Counted from the whole stretch's first letter, positions 11,763 through 25,639 are shown. The stretch is 63,887 bases of DNA, filler included, from Octopus bimaculoides (GCF_001194135.2; 6 parts of 6 records of this genome joined end to end with filler, not necessarily neighbours in it), one strand, 5' to 3'. Numbers and translations: made by a program. The notes: generated from the sequence alone by a model not told the origin.

Positions 11763-11912
11763 TCTGAGTGGTTGGCGTTAGGAAGGGCATCCAGCTGTAG
11801 AAACTCTGCCAAATCAGACTGGAGCCTGGTGTTGCCATCCGGTTTCACCAGTCCTCAGTCAAATCGTCCAACCCATGCTAGCATGGAAAGCGGACGTTAA
11901 ACGATGATGATA
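11762..11912 (+). mobile_element. RTE 3'-tail-type repeat (family E); other copies at ~10610-10855, 12465-12722, 16340-16590
   Basis: GAGTGGTTGGCGTTAGGAAGGGCATCCAGCTGTAGAAA...CCAACCCATGCTAGCATGGAAAGCGGACGTTAAACGATGATGAT. Confidence 0.85.
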
Positions 11913-11968
11913 TTATTTATGTATACATGTATTTATGTAGGGAGTGCATATTATTTAAAATACATTAC

Positions 11969-12224
11969 CTCGTCCACGTAACATTGGCATATTGCGTCCA
12001 TCCTCCATACCACCAGGGCCGCTTGTCCCTAGTGAGAGTGCACTGTGCTGTCGAGACAGGTTAGAGCCCCGGCTCCGTCCTGACATGCCACGCATACCTG
12101 GGTTCAGACCTCGCCCCCTGAAGCGCCCGCCTCTTGACCGCCCGCGCCCGCCACGCCCCCTCATCACCGACAGGCTCAGTCGTGACTTCACGTTACTCTT
12201 GCCCAGCCGTTGCTTCAGACTGCG
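11969..12224 (-). CDS. CHTOP: CHTOP exon: SLKQRLGKSN motif and start of RG/RGG-rich region
   Basis: Acceptor ttttgtaatatttacag|, 256 nt, phase 0 to 1, donor G|GTAATG. Translates RSLKQRLGKSNVKSRLSLSVMRGRGGRGRSRGGRFRGRG...; human has SLKQRLGKSNIQARLG. In frame with the upstream exon. Confidence 0.92.
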
Positions 12225-14004
12225 CTGTAAATATTACAAAAAGAAGATGTGAATGAATATATTCATAAACACACACACACACAGATACAGGTACACCTAT
12301 ACATATATATATACATGCAGAAAACACACACCTATACATATATACACAAGTGTCTATATATATGCATGCAGATACACCTACACACACACACGTGTACATA
12401 TACATACACATGCATATATACACACATATACACGTGTGTATGTGTCGCATAACTGGCCCATTTAAAAGCACCCTTGAATTGTTGGGCAATGTGCTGTGCA
12501 TGTGAAGACCGGAGTGAAATCGCAGTCGCGGTTGATGCCAGTGCCACCTGACACCCGCTACACTCTTGGAGTGGTTGGCATTAGGAAGGGCATCCAGCTG
12601 TAGAAAGCTTGCCAAATCAGATTGGACCCTGGTGCAGCCTCCCAGCTTCCCAGTCCCCAGTCAAACCATCCAACCCATGCCAGCATGGAAAGTGGATATT
12701 AAATGACAATGATGATGATGACACACCTATATACAACCATCAACATCACCAACCTATAAGATTCCATCTCTTTCGTATCTGCTTGGGTTGTTTGGGTTTA
12801 TCTCCACCGTGAGGCCCAACATCTTAAGATAAGATCACTACTTGCTCCCAAATGTTTCTCTTCCACAGTTTCCCTCTTTTTCTATCCCTTGGCACTTTTC
12901 TTCATCCCTTCCAGTCATCCTCCATACATACCACATATCCATACAGGTTGTGTCTTCTCCCTTCCACACTACAGCTGGATCCTCATACACCCATTCCCAC
13001 CCACTCCCTCAGCTTACCTGTGCTCTATCATTCATGCATGCTAATTCCTTATAAAGGGTAAAGATCCCCTTCAGTCATGGATGACCATGGGATTGCACCT
13101 ACAAAGTTTCCCTGCCAAGGAACAAGTCCAGGCAAAGGCTGTTTGTGGAACCCCAGCAGTTGCCCATGTGCACCAGCCTGCCCTCTCCATGCCACCAATG
13201 TTGTCCAGGGGAAAAGCAAAAGGGCCAATACAGCTTGACACCAGTGATGTTGCAACTTATTTCTACAGTGGTGTGAACTGGAGCAATGTGAAATGAAATG
13301 TCTTACTCAAGAAAACAACACAGCCCAATTTGGAAATCGAACACACTACCCCATGATTGCAAGCCCGACACTCTAATCATCAAGCCATGCGCCTTCACAG
13401 GCAAGCTAATATCACACATCCACAATAAGACATCAAGTTGGCAAAATGCTCAGCAGCATCTCGTTCTGAGATCAAATTCTTCAAAATCAGTCTTTGCCTT
13501 CCATCCTTTTGGGGCTGATAAAATAAGTACCAGTTGAGAGGGGGTGGGGTTTAATGTAATCAACTTACCCCCCTTCACCAAAATTTCAAACCATGTGCCA
13601 AATGCTAGAAAAGAATATAACAGCTACTGGAGAATATTCTCACATCTACATACAACATCCATGTTCCAATACCATGCAGTGTCACATTTTGTACACAAGC
13701 ATCATAACACTTTGCCCTTCACCCAGAGGGAGAAAGAAAGCCTCAGTTACATAAACAGTTAATAGGCTGCTGGATTTTCTCCACTGTGGCCTTACTCTGA
13801 CTACTACGTTTCACAACACCCACAGCTAATTAGGTAATTAGGTCACCCACGTCAGCACTACCCAACTGTTTATGCCCCATGGACCAGTTACATGCAAGAC
13901 AATTTTTTTTTACAAACCAGAGGATCACATGCTTAACAAAACAATAAAGTACATAACATAATTTAGCCCCTTTTTCATAAAGATCACTCTGTTAAATATA
14001 ATGT

Positions 14005-14190
14005 TTATTTATTCACATTATTTTGAATTAATCATGCATTATCTCGTAGCTTTGATACTTGAATGATGTGACGTTAATTTTAGAATGACATTGTACAGTA
14101 GGTGTGAGAGGTCAGATCTGGCTGGTTTGAACATAAAAGAACTAGAATATTTGGGATAGATATGGCTGGTTCAAATGTGAAAAGGTTAAA
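14005..14190 (-). mobile_element. Partial copy of the same piggyBac-type MITE; another copy at ~15000-15155
   Basis: Reverse complement of the 20423-20650 unit (GAATTAATCATGCATT...AGATCTGGC...AAAGGTTAA). Confidence 0.7.
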
Positions 14191-14494
14191 GGTAATCTCT
14201 GTCACAAGTAACCTTTCATGGTGATATTGTAGTTTGAGCAATATCTATTCTAAATAATCAGTCAATGATACCAGTAGAACATCGATAAAAAGGGAAGTAT
14301 TTTGTGATCATCATTTCATCATCCGAACAGGGATGTCATCGTAAACCAACAGAAGATTCAAAATATCAAATTCTATACAACTAACTCTATTCACAGCAAC
14401 CGTCCTGAGACAAGCCCTGGTCCTGGGATATGAAACTTCCTCATGTCGTGCCACCCAACTTCTTCCTTGAGAGCCTCATGCTGGCTACATCCAC

Positions 14495-15005
14495 TGATGG
14501 CTACATCCATGTTCTGAGTGAGGTGGTGAAGCCCTGGACTGACTGGTTAGCTGCAGGGTGGCAGTACATGTGACAGCAAGACTCTGTGCTCTGCCACACC
14601 AGCCGGAAGACCAAGGTTTGGATTGTCAGGGAATTTCTTTGATCGTACAGCCCCTGACAATTGGCCTCCCAACTCATCTGACTGCAATCCCTTCAACTTC
14701 TTTGTGTGGGGTACGGTGGAACGAGAAACCAACAAATCCAGATGCAACATGAAAGGTGACCTGAGGGTCCAGATTACCAGGGCCTCCAGGGGCCTAAAAC
14801 AAGAGACAGTGATAAAGGCCTGTGGCTGGTTCCAAGACTGCCTGGAGGCTGTCATCAAGGCTAAAGGCAGGTTCCTTGATTAAGATCAACAGAACATGTT
14901 ATGAAGACAAACTGACCCACATTTGATGAATCTATCTCAAAAAATAAAAACATTATTTTTTCCTGAGACAATCATCATGTGAACGAACATCGTTTGCACT
15001 CTGTA
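14495..15005 (+). mobile_element. Tc1/mariner-superfamily transposase C-terminal relic (maT/DD37D-like)
   Basis: VLSEVVKPW...QQDSVLCHTSRKT...NWPPNSSDCNPFNFFVWG...LEAVIKAKG, with a stop and frameshift; probable TIR CGTTTGCACTCTGTA near 14991-15005. Confidence 0.75.
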
Positions 15006-16114
15006 GCTTTGAGATTTTGATGATGTGATTGCTTATTTTGAGAATGACATTGTAAGGCAAGTGTGAGGGGCCAGACTTAGCTGCTTTGAACATAAAGCAG
15101 GTAGAATATTCTGTATTTTGGGTGGGCCATGGCTGGTTTAGATGCTAAAGGGTTGATTATTACATATATAATGCAAAAACACCCAGCAAGCAAGAAAATA
15201 GAAATGAAATTTTAAAATTTATTCTTTTTGTTTGACCCAATACCAAATGATCCACTGCTTAGATTATGGAAACAGAAGCCCTCAAACACAGCTACTCATG
15301 GGCATGCCAGGGTCTTTGAAGAAAAACCTCATTTTATGAGTGCACTGTTTGCTTTTTTTGTGCTGCTTTTGTGGATTCCTATGACTCTCCTCCACCATCC
15401 AATTCCATTATTATGAATTTTGAATCGGGACATTGAGTTATAATGGATCTTTCACTAGCTGATTCCACAACCATGGATGCAACCCCTATGGATGGTACTC
15501 TCTTGACAGAGTTTGGTGATCCTGCCCATTGCTCTTGTAGGATTCCTCTGCTCAGCATCAATGTAAGAAGCAGCATCCTTGGCTCAGTTGAGTTCTTCTG
15601 CTATCATTTCACAATCAACCATGCTGCAGTCCCATGACTTCGCCATGTCCTTGACAGGGTGGCTGAATGGGTGCTATGCCTTGCCAAAGGGCAGCCTGTA
15701 ACTATGCAAGGCACGGTCATCACTCCGTGAAGTATTTTCAAAGACACCTGCACTTATTGTTAGCTACTCCTAAGTATCTGTTGTACACACCTTCTCCATC
15801 AGCCTGCCTGTCAACCCTACAGCATCTGTCTATATACACCCATATTGTACATGGGTGTATACAAAATTCTTTCCTGTCCATTGAAACGTTGCCATATTAC
15901 CTCTTGAATTCAGGCTTTTTGTTTCACGTGTGGATATGTGTCCTCTAATTCTATGACTGATTCAGTGACGAGAACTAGGGTCGTTAGATAAAAAGAAGTT
16001 CTCATGGGCAGCCAAGATTCAACTCCTTTATGGCCTAGAGAAGGTGGGGAGGGTGGGTAGGAAAGTAGATGCAACAAAGCTTGTACACTTCTCATAAACC
16101 ACACACACACAGGT

Positions 16115-16975
16115 ACAGATGTGGCTGTATGGTATGAAGTTTGCTACCCAACCACTTAGTTTGGGTTCAGTGCTACTGTGTGACACCTTGGGCAAGCGTC
16201 TTTTGTTGTAGCTTCAGTCTGACCAAAGGCTTCTGAATGGATTTGGTAGATATAAACTGAAAACACTTTATGTGTGCATGCATATATATATATATATATA
16301 TATACACACATGTTTATATACACACATATGTGTGCATGTATGTGTCTCCTGGCCTTGGCACTGTGAGGTAGATGTAAATGAGTGTCACTGTTATACAAGC
16401 AGTGTCATTCACTTTCAATGTTCTGCGAGAACATGCCTCACCAAGGGGAACTGTTAGCTTGCTTGGAAACCAGTGAGGGTTGGCAACAGGAAGGACATCC
16501 AGCCATAGAAAAGAAGCTGCCTCTATAAACTTTGTCCAACCCATGCAAGCATGGGAAAGTGAAAGTTAAAATAATGATAATGATATATACTTCTCTGTAT
16601 AGGCACAGGTGTAGCTGTGTGGTAAAAAGCTGGCTTCTGAACCACATGGTTCTGGGTTCAGTCACACTGTGTGGCACCTTGCACACATGTCTTCTACGAG
16701 AGCCTTGGCCTACTAAAGCCTTGTGATTGGATATGGTAAACAGAAACATGTGTGTGTGTGTGTTTGCCACCCACAACTGTTTGACAACCAGTGTTGGTGT
16801 GTTTACATCCCTATAACTTAGTGGTTCAGCAAAAGAGGGCAATAGAATAAGTACCAGGTTGAAGAAGAAAAGTACTGGGATTGTTGATTCATTTCACTGA
16901 AAAAAAGATTTCAAGATGGTGCCCCAGCATGGCCATAGTCTAATGACTGAAACAAGTAAAAGATAAAAGATGTGT
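16115..16975 (+). mobile_element. Two SINE family A copies flanking an RTE-tail repeat
   Basis: Heads at ~16115 and ~16605; RTE-tail motif GGTTGGCAACAGGAAGGACATCCAGC at ~16478. Confidence 0.8.
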
Positions 16976-16978
16976 GGA

Positions 16979-17009
<31 letters not shown>

Positions 17010-17777
17010 TCCAAGATGTAACTACACATGGACTGTTGATAGTTTTTTTTCTTCTTCCTTTTCTTTTGGACTCTTCTCTGTTTCCTGTTTCCGAAGAAGA
17101 GCTTTGCTCGAAATATAAAACAACCACTCTTTCTTTCCTTCTCTGAGTGTCTTATGAATACTTTGCATGTACTACGTTCTCACGTTGCTGTTTTTTTTTC
17201 CTGTTGTCTTTTTTCTCCAGTTTTTAAAAAAATTAATTATATATATATATATATATATAATTTTTCAAAGTAAACTCTGCAATCGTTACCAATATAGCAT
17301 AAGATTTCACCTCAAAAAATTTTTAATTAGATTCCTTAAGGATCGTTCTCCTTGTTTATATATCCAAAGTTTTAAATTTTCACATTTAAGAAAGAGATTT
17401 GACACTGAAGTTAAAAATATCCATGTAATAAGCCAATGTACAATTGTACAGAAATGTTTACATTTGATGAATAGATGGATATATTAAACTTCGGTGTCAA
17501 ATCTCTTTATTAAATGTATAAATTTAAAACTTTGGATATATATATGTGGGGGGGAAGCTACATATCTCCCCTACTACAAGCTGTCTGTTCCTGTGTTCAG
17601 TTGAGTGGTTTTGTCCTGCATATTACTCGAGGACCTCAATGTGTTGAGCCATAAAAACCATGTCAGAGCTGACAGTACAGCTTGGCACAGTTCTCTGGCT
17701 TTCAAGTCCACGTCAAACCATGCAAGTATGTATATCTCATTATGCAACGGTTGTAAAATATATTGGTTTCACATTTT

Positions 17778-18205
17778 AGCACAAGGCCTGCAAGTTCAGG
17801 GGAGAGGTAAGTCGATTACATCGACCCCAGTGTTCAACTGGTACTTGTTTTATTGACCCTGAAAGGATGAAAAACAAAGTTGACCTTGGCAACATTTGAA
17901 CTCAGAACTTAAAGATGAACGAAATGTTGTAAAGCATTTTACCCACCGTGCTAATGATTCTACCAGCTCGCCACTTTAGGATTGAAAAATATATTGGCTT
18001 CCCATTTTGGCACAAGGCCTGCAAGGTCAGGAGATAGGCTAGTCAATTACATGGACCTCAGTATCCAACTGGTACTTATTTTATCGACCCTCAGAGGTTG
18101 AAAATCAAACTCAACCTCAGCAGCATTTGAACTCAGCATGTAACGATGAACAAAATGCTGCAAAGCCTTCTGCCCGGTGTGCTAACAATTCTGCCAGCTC
18201 GCCAC
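17778..18205 (+). mobile_element. Two tandem copies of dispersed repeat family B
   Basis: GCACAAGGCCTG...GTCGATTACATCGACCCCAGT...TTTGAACTCAG...CCAGCTCGCC. Further copies at ~1525-1720, 22575-22745, 33050-33260, 37696-37860(-), 37925-38345, 44885-44985(-) and 62608-62785. Confidence 0.85.
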
Positions 18206-18407
18206 TTTTGGATTGTAAAAGATTTCAAAATGTCTTTTACATCACACTGCTGCCACTAATATTCGTTATAGGAACAGGTATGGTTGTGCAGTTCAGAAGC
18301 TTGCTTTCCAGCCATGTGGTTCTGGGTTCTGTTCCACTGCATGGCACCTTGGCCTCAAGTGTCTTCTATAATGGCTCCAAATTAACCAGTGCCTCGTGGA
18401 AACCCTT

Positions 18408-18442
<35 letters not shown>

Positions 18443-18629
18443 ATGTTCCTTCCACTGCTTAACAGTCTATATTGGTTTTTGTCCCCATAGCCAAGTGGTT
18501 CGGCAAACAAGTCCTACAGAACAAGTGTAGCAGAACGCTGGGGTCAATTTGTTTGACCACACCCTTTAAGGTAGTACCCCAGCGTGGCTGCAATCCAATG
18601 ACAAGGACAAGTAAAAGAGAAAAGATATG

Positions 18630-18789
18630 TAGGCACAGGAGTGGCTGTGTTGTAAGAAGCTTGCTTCTCAACCACATGGTTGCAGGTTCATTCCCACTGT
18701 GACACCTTGGGCAAGTTTCTTCTACTGTTGTATCAGGCCAACCAAAGCCTTGTGAGTGGATTTGGTAGACGGAAACTGAAAGAAGCCCG

Positions 18790-18820
<31 letters not shown>

Positions 18821-19290
18821 NNNNNNNNNNNNNNNNNNNNNNNNNNNNNNNNNNNNNNNNNNNNNNNNNNNNNNNNNNNNNNNNNNNNNNNNNNNNNNNN
18901 NNNNNNNNNNNNNNNNNNNNNNNNNNNNNNTTTGGTAGCCATGATAAAACTCCGAGTTTCGGATGCCAGAGTGATGTTGGCATGGGTTCCCACCCGGGCA
19001 TCCAAAACTCGGAGTTTTATCATGGCTACCAAATAAGTGTCACATATTTTTACAGATATATATATATATATTTATGTGTGTGCCTTTGCGTCTGTGTTTG
19101 TCCCCGCAACACCGCTTGGCAACCGGTGCTTGTTTACATCCCCATAACTTAGCGGTTCACCAAAAGAGACTGATAGAATAAGTACCAGGCTTAAAAATTA
19201 AGTACTGGGGTCGATTCATTCGACTAAAAATTCAAGGCGGTGCTCCAGAATGGTCGCAGTCTAAGGAGTGAAACAGTTGAAAAGACAATA
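18630..19290 (+). mobile_element. SINE family A spanning a gap and a small fold-back insert
   Basis: Head 18630-18790, tail 19075-19290. Confidence 0.8.
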
Positions 19291-20273
19291 AAAGAATAAA
19301 AGATATAAATAAATAAATAAATAAATACAAACATACAGAGCCTGAATGAGAGTTTCATGCAAAAGAATACTCCGAGTAGCCAAGGAGTGAATGAATGGTT
19401 TGACTTGACACAAAATATACTCTACTACATGTACTGAGTACTCTTCTCATTTGCAACTCTAGACGTAAACGTACACATATTATGAATAAATACCTGACTG
19501 AGATAGGTACTGGGGTCAATATGATCAGCTAAAACCCTTGAAGGCGGTGCCCCAGCATGGCCGTAGTCCAATGACTGAAACCAGTAAAAGAATAAAAGAA
19601 TATATATATATATGTATTCATATACATACATATATATATATGTATATATATACATGTGACAAATATTGAAAATTGTTTTTTTTTTACTGGGGGTGCCTTC
19701 TGCATAGAAAACATATACTGAAGTGCATGGTACCCTTGCACTTAAGATAGTGAGCTGAAAATAATTACGAATCAACTCGAAACCGTAACCATAATGAGAA
19801 GTAAAGTCATTAATGTTAATGAAAGAATTAATAAAAAGCTGAAACTATAAAAAGAACTGAGGACTTCAATTTTTTTTATCTACCAAAAAATTATTCCAAG
19901 ACATCAAAGTTGGCAGGGGTGAATTTAAAGGGATGACACTTGTCTCGGGTCACACTGAGGCAATGGTAAAAGACACTTACTCACTCAATGTGTCCCACAG
20001 CAGACTTGAAGCCGGGACCTCGTTAGTGTGAAGCAAACTTTTTACCCACTTGACCCAAGATTGCAACCATACTTTTTCTACTGTTGCCCCCACCTCCAAT
20101 TCACCTCAACTATGTTCACCACCACCCCTCCCCACGGGCCATAATTTCCACACCTTGGCTCCCCATTGATTCACACCTCCTCCTGCTGCATCATACACTA
20201 AAAACACACATCCCCACTCAAACTAGTCCTTCTTCTCTAAATATGCAACCCTGAAATTCCTTTCCCATAAGTT

Positions 20274-20924
20274 TTAACCCTTTAGCATTTGAAACAGCGA
20301 TATAATGGCCCAAACATTTTACCAGTTTTATGTTAAGACTGGACAGATCCAGTCTCTCACACCAACCCTACAATATTCTTCTAAAAACAAATAATCACTT
20401 GAAGCTACAAGGTAATGTATGGTTAACTCTTTAGCATTTAAACCAGCCATATCCGGCCACAGTATTCCACTTGTCTTATGTTCACACTGGCCAGATCTGG
20501 CCTCTCACACCTACCCTTCAATGTCAATCTAAAAACTAACAGTTGCCTCATTGAAACCTCAGAGCGACAAGATAATGCATGATTAATTCAAAACAATGTG
20601 AATAAATAAGCATTACTTTTGACAGAGTAATCTGTAAGCTGAAGGGTTTATAGCAGCCATATTCAGCCCAAATTTTCTACCTGTTTAATTGCTCAAACTG
20701 GCCAGATCTGGCTTCTCCCACCTACCCTACAATGTCATTCTAAAAATATAGTCATATCATTGAAATCTCAAAGCTATGAGATAATGCATGATTAATTCAA
20801 AACAATGTGAATAAATAAGCATTACTTTTGACAGAGTAATCCGAATGCTAAAGGGTTAATTCAAAGCAATATGAATGAAATAAGGATTACATTTGGAAAG
20901 GTAATCTGAATGCTAAAGGGTTAA
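20274..20924. mobile_element. Cluster of piggyBac-type MITE copies
   Basis: Ends TTAACCCTTTAGCATT / AATGCTAAAGGGTTAA (TTAA plus CCC terminus); about three overlapping units. Confidence 0.75.
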
Positions 20925-21707
20925 GAGCTGGTGGGGTTTCTTTCATTCCATCACCGCTGACAAAACTGATACACACACACACACACATTAACTGAGGCAC
21001 ATGCAGTGATGCATAGACAAACACGCATTAACTGATGCACACAGTTGCAAGCAGATACACGCATACACAGGCAGACAGACACACACCGTCCGACTAACAC
21101 ACACACAAGCACTAACTCTAAGACATACAGACTGACTACCAGGCGCACACACACACACACACACACACACCCCACTGAGCACCACAGTAGAGTTGTTCCA
21201 AACAGTATTGACTAGAGTTTCACGTATTCACTGTTGTATAACAAATAATGTCTACATAAGGGGAGGGGAGAGACAAATAGAAAGATGAAGAGGGAAAGAT
21301 ATAGACAGATAGATAGATAGATAAATAGATAAAGGGAGAGAGAGTGAGATAGGCAGGCAGACAGACAGAGATAAACACATATAGACAAGTAGAGAAACAG
21401 ACGGATAGAATCAGATAGAGGAACAGACAAAGAATCAAATAGAATCAGATAGACAGGTGGATAGACAAACAAACAAGTAAAGAGGATAAAAGATAGACCC
21501 ACAGACAGACGGAGATAGACAAACAGACAAAAGAGAGACACACAGAAAATAGACAAATGAAGAGAAAAGAAACAGGACACACAAACAGAGAGAGACAGAC
21601 AAATGAATAGGACAAAAGATAGACACACAGACAGACAGAGATAGATAAACCGAGGTAGATAGCCAGTAAGACGGAGCCAAAAGAGAGATGAAAAAGTGCA
21701 GTCTTAC

Positions 21708-21773
21708 CCTCTTGATCTTCAGGGCCGCGATCACGCTCGGTCGGTTAGCCATCTGCTGGGCTAGCCTACGGTT
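21708..21773 (-). CDS. CHTOP: CHTOP exon, N-terminal region; 5' part lies in gap 21774-22300
   Basis: Translates [22 protein letters not shown], matching human CHTOP [22 protein letters not shown] as recalled. Donor AGG|GTAAGA, phase 0. Confidence 0.92.
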
Positions 21774-22827
21774 NNNNNNNNNNNNNNNNNNNNNNNNNNN
21801 NNNNNNNNNNNNNNNNNNNNNNNNNNNNNNNNNNNNNNNNNNNNNNNNNNNNNNNNNNNNNNNNNNNNNNNNNNNNNNNNNNNNNNNNNNNNNNNNNNNN
21901 NNNNNNNNNNNNNNNNNNNNNNNNNNNNNNNNNNNNNNNNNNNNNNNNNNNNNNNNNNNNNNNNNNNNNNNNNNNNNNNNNNNNNNNNNNNNNNNNNNNN
22001 NNNNNNNNNNNNNNNNNNNNNNNNNNNNNNNNNNNNNNNNNNNNNNNNNNNNNNNNNNNNNNNNNNNNNNNNNNNNNNNNNNNNNNNNNNNNNNNNNNNN
22101 NNNNNNNNNNNNNNNNNNNNNNNNNNNNNNNNNNNNNNNNNNNNNNNNNNNNNNNNNNNNNNNNNNNNNNNNNNNNNNNNNNNNNNNNNNNNNNNNNNNN
22201 NNNNNNNNNNNNNNNNNNNNNNNNNNNNNNNNNNNNNNNNNNNNNNNNNNNNNNNNNNNNNNNNNNNNNNNNNNNNNNNNNNNNNNNNNNNNNNNNNNNN
22301 GCTCGTTTCAATTTGTTTCAAACAAGAAGGAAAAGAAGAAAAAAAAAAATCGTTTCATCTCAACAAAGTGATGTGACGATGATTGTCAGAGAAATGATGA
22401 TTAAGGAACTAATGAGGAAGAGTAAAAGAACTGATATTGGCAAGGGTTATAATGATGACAAGAGAAATGATGATGATGATGATGATGATGATGATAACAG
22501 CAAGAAAGAGATTGAATGGCTTAGAAGTTTTCTCAAAATAAAATAAAATAAAATAAGACATAGCATTAATAATTCTATTATAGGCAAAAAGGCTTCAAAT
22601 ATAAGGGGGAAGGGGTCAGTTGATTACATTGGCCCCAGGATGAAAAACAAAAGCTGACCACGGTGGCATTTGAACTTAAGAACATAGGAGCCAGAGAAAT
22701 GCTGTTGAGCATTTTTGTCCAGTATGGTAATGATTCCGCCAGCTTGCAACTGTAGATTTACCAGAGATAGATCAGCATTGGTTATGGTAACTTTGTATAC
22801 TCTGGAGCAACGAAAGACTGTTGTATT

Positions 22828-23160
22828 GAAGGACCAACAGAGTCTTGGGAACTGCTCAGACCAACAGATTACTAGGTGTGCTATATGCTGCAGGACTGGC
22901 AGGGGTTGCTATATGCTAAAGGACCAACTGGGGCTGCTATGTGCTGAAGAACTGATTGGGTTGCTATATGCTGAAGGACCAATTGGGGTTGCTATATGTT
23001 GAAGGACCAATTGGGGTTGCTATATGTTGAAGGACCAACTGGGACTGTTATATGCTGAAATACAAACTGGGACTGTTATATGCTGAAATACCGAGGCAGT
23101 TATATACTGAAGGACCAACTGGGTTGCTAGATGCTGAAGGGCCAAGTGTTGCTATACATT
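22828..23160. repeat. 28-bp minisatellite, about 11 degenerate copies
   Basis: Unit GCTATATGTTGAAGGACCAATTGGGGTT; period 28 measured at 22981 and 23009. Confidence 0.9.
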
Positions 23161-23370
23161 GGACGATTAGCAGGGAGTCACTAAAAGCCTCACAAATCTA
23201 TGTATGAATGCAACATAACAACTTGTATAAATTTCACTGAAACGTATCTAGGTTAGGCTGTGATATTGAAACCTATGAGACACTCAGGTCATATCTTAAA
23301 ATAGTTAGGACAATAAGACAAAGTAAATAGGATGCGACATAGAAAAGACGGGGAAAAGGGGGGGGAGGGG

Positions 23371-23470
23371 NNNNNNNNNNNNNNNNNNNNNNNNNNNNNN
23401 NNNNNNNNNNNNNNTTAATTAATTAANNNNNNNNNNNNNNNNNNNNNNNNNNNNNNNNNNNNNNNNNNNN
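23371..23470. other. Assembly join spacer N44-TTAATTAATTAA-N44; also at 30682-30781, 52943-53042, 56868-56967, 59808-59907
   Basis: Identical 100-bp spacer five times; the 12-mer gives stops in all six frames, so it is artificial. Confidence 0.97.
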
Positions 23471-23501
<31 letters not shown>

Positions 23502-25639
23502 TTTAGAATCACCTGCTCAGTCATGCATGCATCTATGCACCAGAACTCGTGTCTATGTATATATATCACTATATATGCGTTTGAATGCGGGCATTTGAGA
23601 AAACGTATGAGTTGCTTTGTGTCTGCATGCATATAGGTTTGTATGTCTGTGTTATATATATGTGTACATGGTATAGCCCAAAAGGTGTGTGTGTAAGTGC
23701 GTGCGTGCGCGCGTGCGCGCGCGCGTGCGTGTCTGTGTGTTTGTGTGTTTGTGTGTATGCGTGCGTGTGTGTGTATGTACGTACGTATGAATGCATGCAT
23801 GTATATATGTGTGTGTGCATGTGTGAAAGTATATCTATGTGTGTGTGTGAGTGTATGTCTATGTATGCTTTTGTGTGTCTGAGTGTGATTCATGATTATC
23901 TTGTTTAGTGTGCTGTGCAGAAAATAATTCAGCATAGTCTAATATTTTGCATCACATCGATTTTTCGTGACTACCAATATTTAGTAGTCGAAAATGAAAG
24001 CATACAGATGTAACGTCAACGTCTTGACTTTAGTCACGGAACCTCTTTTCCAGATATCAGTTTACCGTGTCTCAACGTTTAAATCATGCAGAAGAGATGG
24101 GTACTTAAAATAAAACAGACCGACCAAAAAACGTTATGAGTACAGGTACTAGATACACACAATGCAATAAATTATTTGTGTCATGAAGAACTGAAGTATA
24201 ACGTTTCGGAGAAAATATATTTGTCAGAAAGGGAGAAGAACTGTTATTCGGTATTTAAAAATATATAAATTAATATTAGTGTGAGAATGAGAGAGCGAGG
24301 AAAATAGATATTAGTGGTGGGATATTGCAAGGTTAGAGCAAGGGCAAAATAAATGCATCGCAAGTAAATCTCATATTGAGGAGAGCAGCATATGGTAACG
24401 GCATAGAAGTGCTATATAAAAGTGACGCACACATATACACGTACACACACACGCAGTAAACTACAAAGACCAACTTGCCTTCCTTAATACTTTTGTAAGA
24501 GTTAGATTTAACATTAAATTACTGGCGTGTTAACCATGTTTAATTACATTATTATAAAACCTATAGAACATAACTATAGCCTTTTAAATAAAACTGTGTG
24601 TTACGACTATCGTAAATAGTTTGGCTGTACAATATGTGCGCAAATTTTGAAAGATAATTATAACCTCTAATAGTTGTGGGTTTGAGGAATGTATATGTAA
24701 TTATTTAAAGCTGGTATAGAATTGCTGACAGAAACTCCTAAAACAATCGAAATCTACATACAGTATTCTCCCTTTAAATGTCCGCGCACATATCGTATAG
24801 ATGAAATGTTTACAGTCGTCGCATCATACAATGTTGGTTAAAAAAACGAACTCAGGAAATCGGATTGAGATGTTTACTGCGTCTTGATAATCATTCCTTC
24901 GTCACATTTTAAAGAATGTTGCACAAGTGAAACCTGAAACAGGAGTTCGATAAAGCGACGGAGTATTTTACGAAGAAGAGTGATGTAAAAAGATTACTGT
25001 CCACAAAATAAAAGGTTCTCTGACATTGCCTACTAATGACCAATATTTCAGTCTTTCTTTCCAATATTTTCGTTTCTATGAAATTTAAATTCTCTCTTCA
25101 CCTTCTGAAGAAAACTGATTCTAACAAATATAAAAGGAAACATTTCAAATCAACATGTTTGCTGATTAAAGATTTTGTTTAGTAGTACTGATAATGAGTG
25201 AAAGATATAAAAGGTTTTCTGGTTTACCCTTTCAATTTTTAGGCCAATTTTGGATTACATTACAAAATTTTAACGTAACTACTTCATCGGAATAGTATTA
25301 TCAAACTGAAATAATTAATCATCGATAAGTTTAATTTCAGATGTTTCGGCATTAGCTGAAAAAATGTAACAATTGTATAACAATAAAAGCAAAGAGAAAA
25401 CAAAGATAGTGAAAGAAGTGAACACATTATTAGTCGTAGTTTTAATCCAATTTACTTGATGGAGAGGCTAAAGAGAAGAAAGTGAAGTAAATGAAAATAA
25501 ATTATGTATAAAAAGAATAAAGAATAGAAGATTAAATAAAAGATACAAGTAAAAATGATAATAGAAGTGAGACAGTAGTGGAAAATGATGATACTGACCG
25601 TGTTGGAAATGATATCGACATGAATGCTAGTGCTACTGC

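Noticed and set aside
13795-13935. Possible stop-containing poison cassette exon in the CHTOP intron
   Set aside because: Only an AAG acceptor and a GTAAGG donor support it, which is expected by chance in a 9.5-kb intron.
15440-15690. Minus-strand DAEQRNPTRAMGRITKLCQESTIHR, reminiscent of a Tc1 HTH
   Set aside because: Too diverged and interrupted by stops to call without an HMM search.
23415-23426. TTAATTAATTAA motif recurring five times
   Set aside because: Always centred in exactly 44+44 Ns: an artificial assembly spacer.
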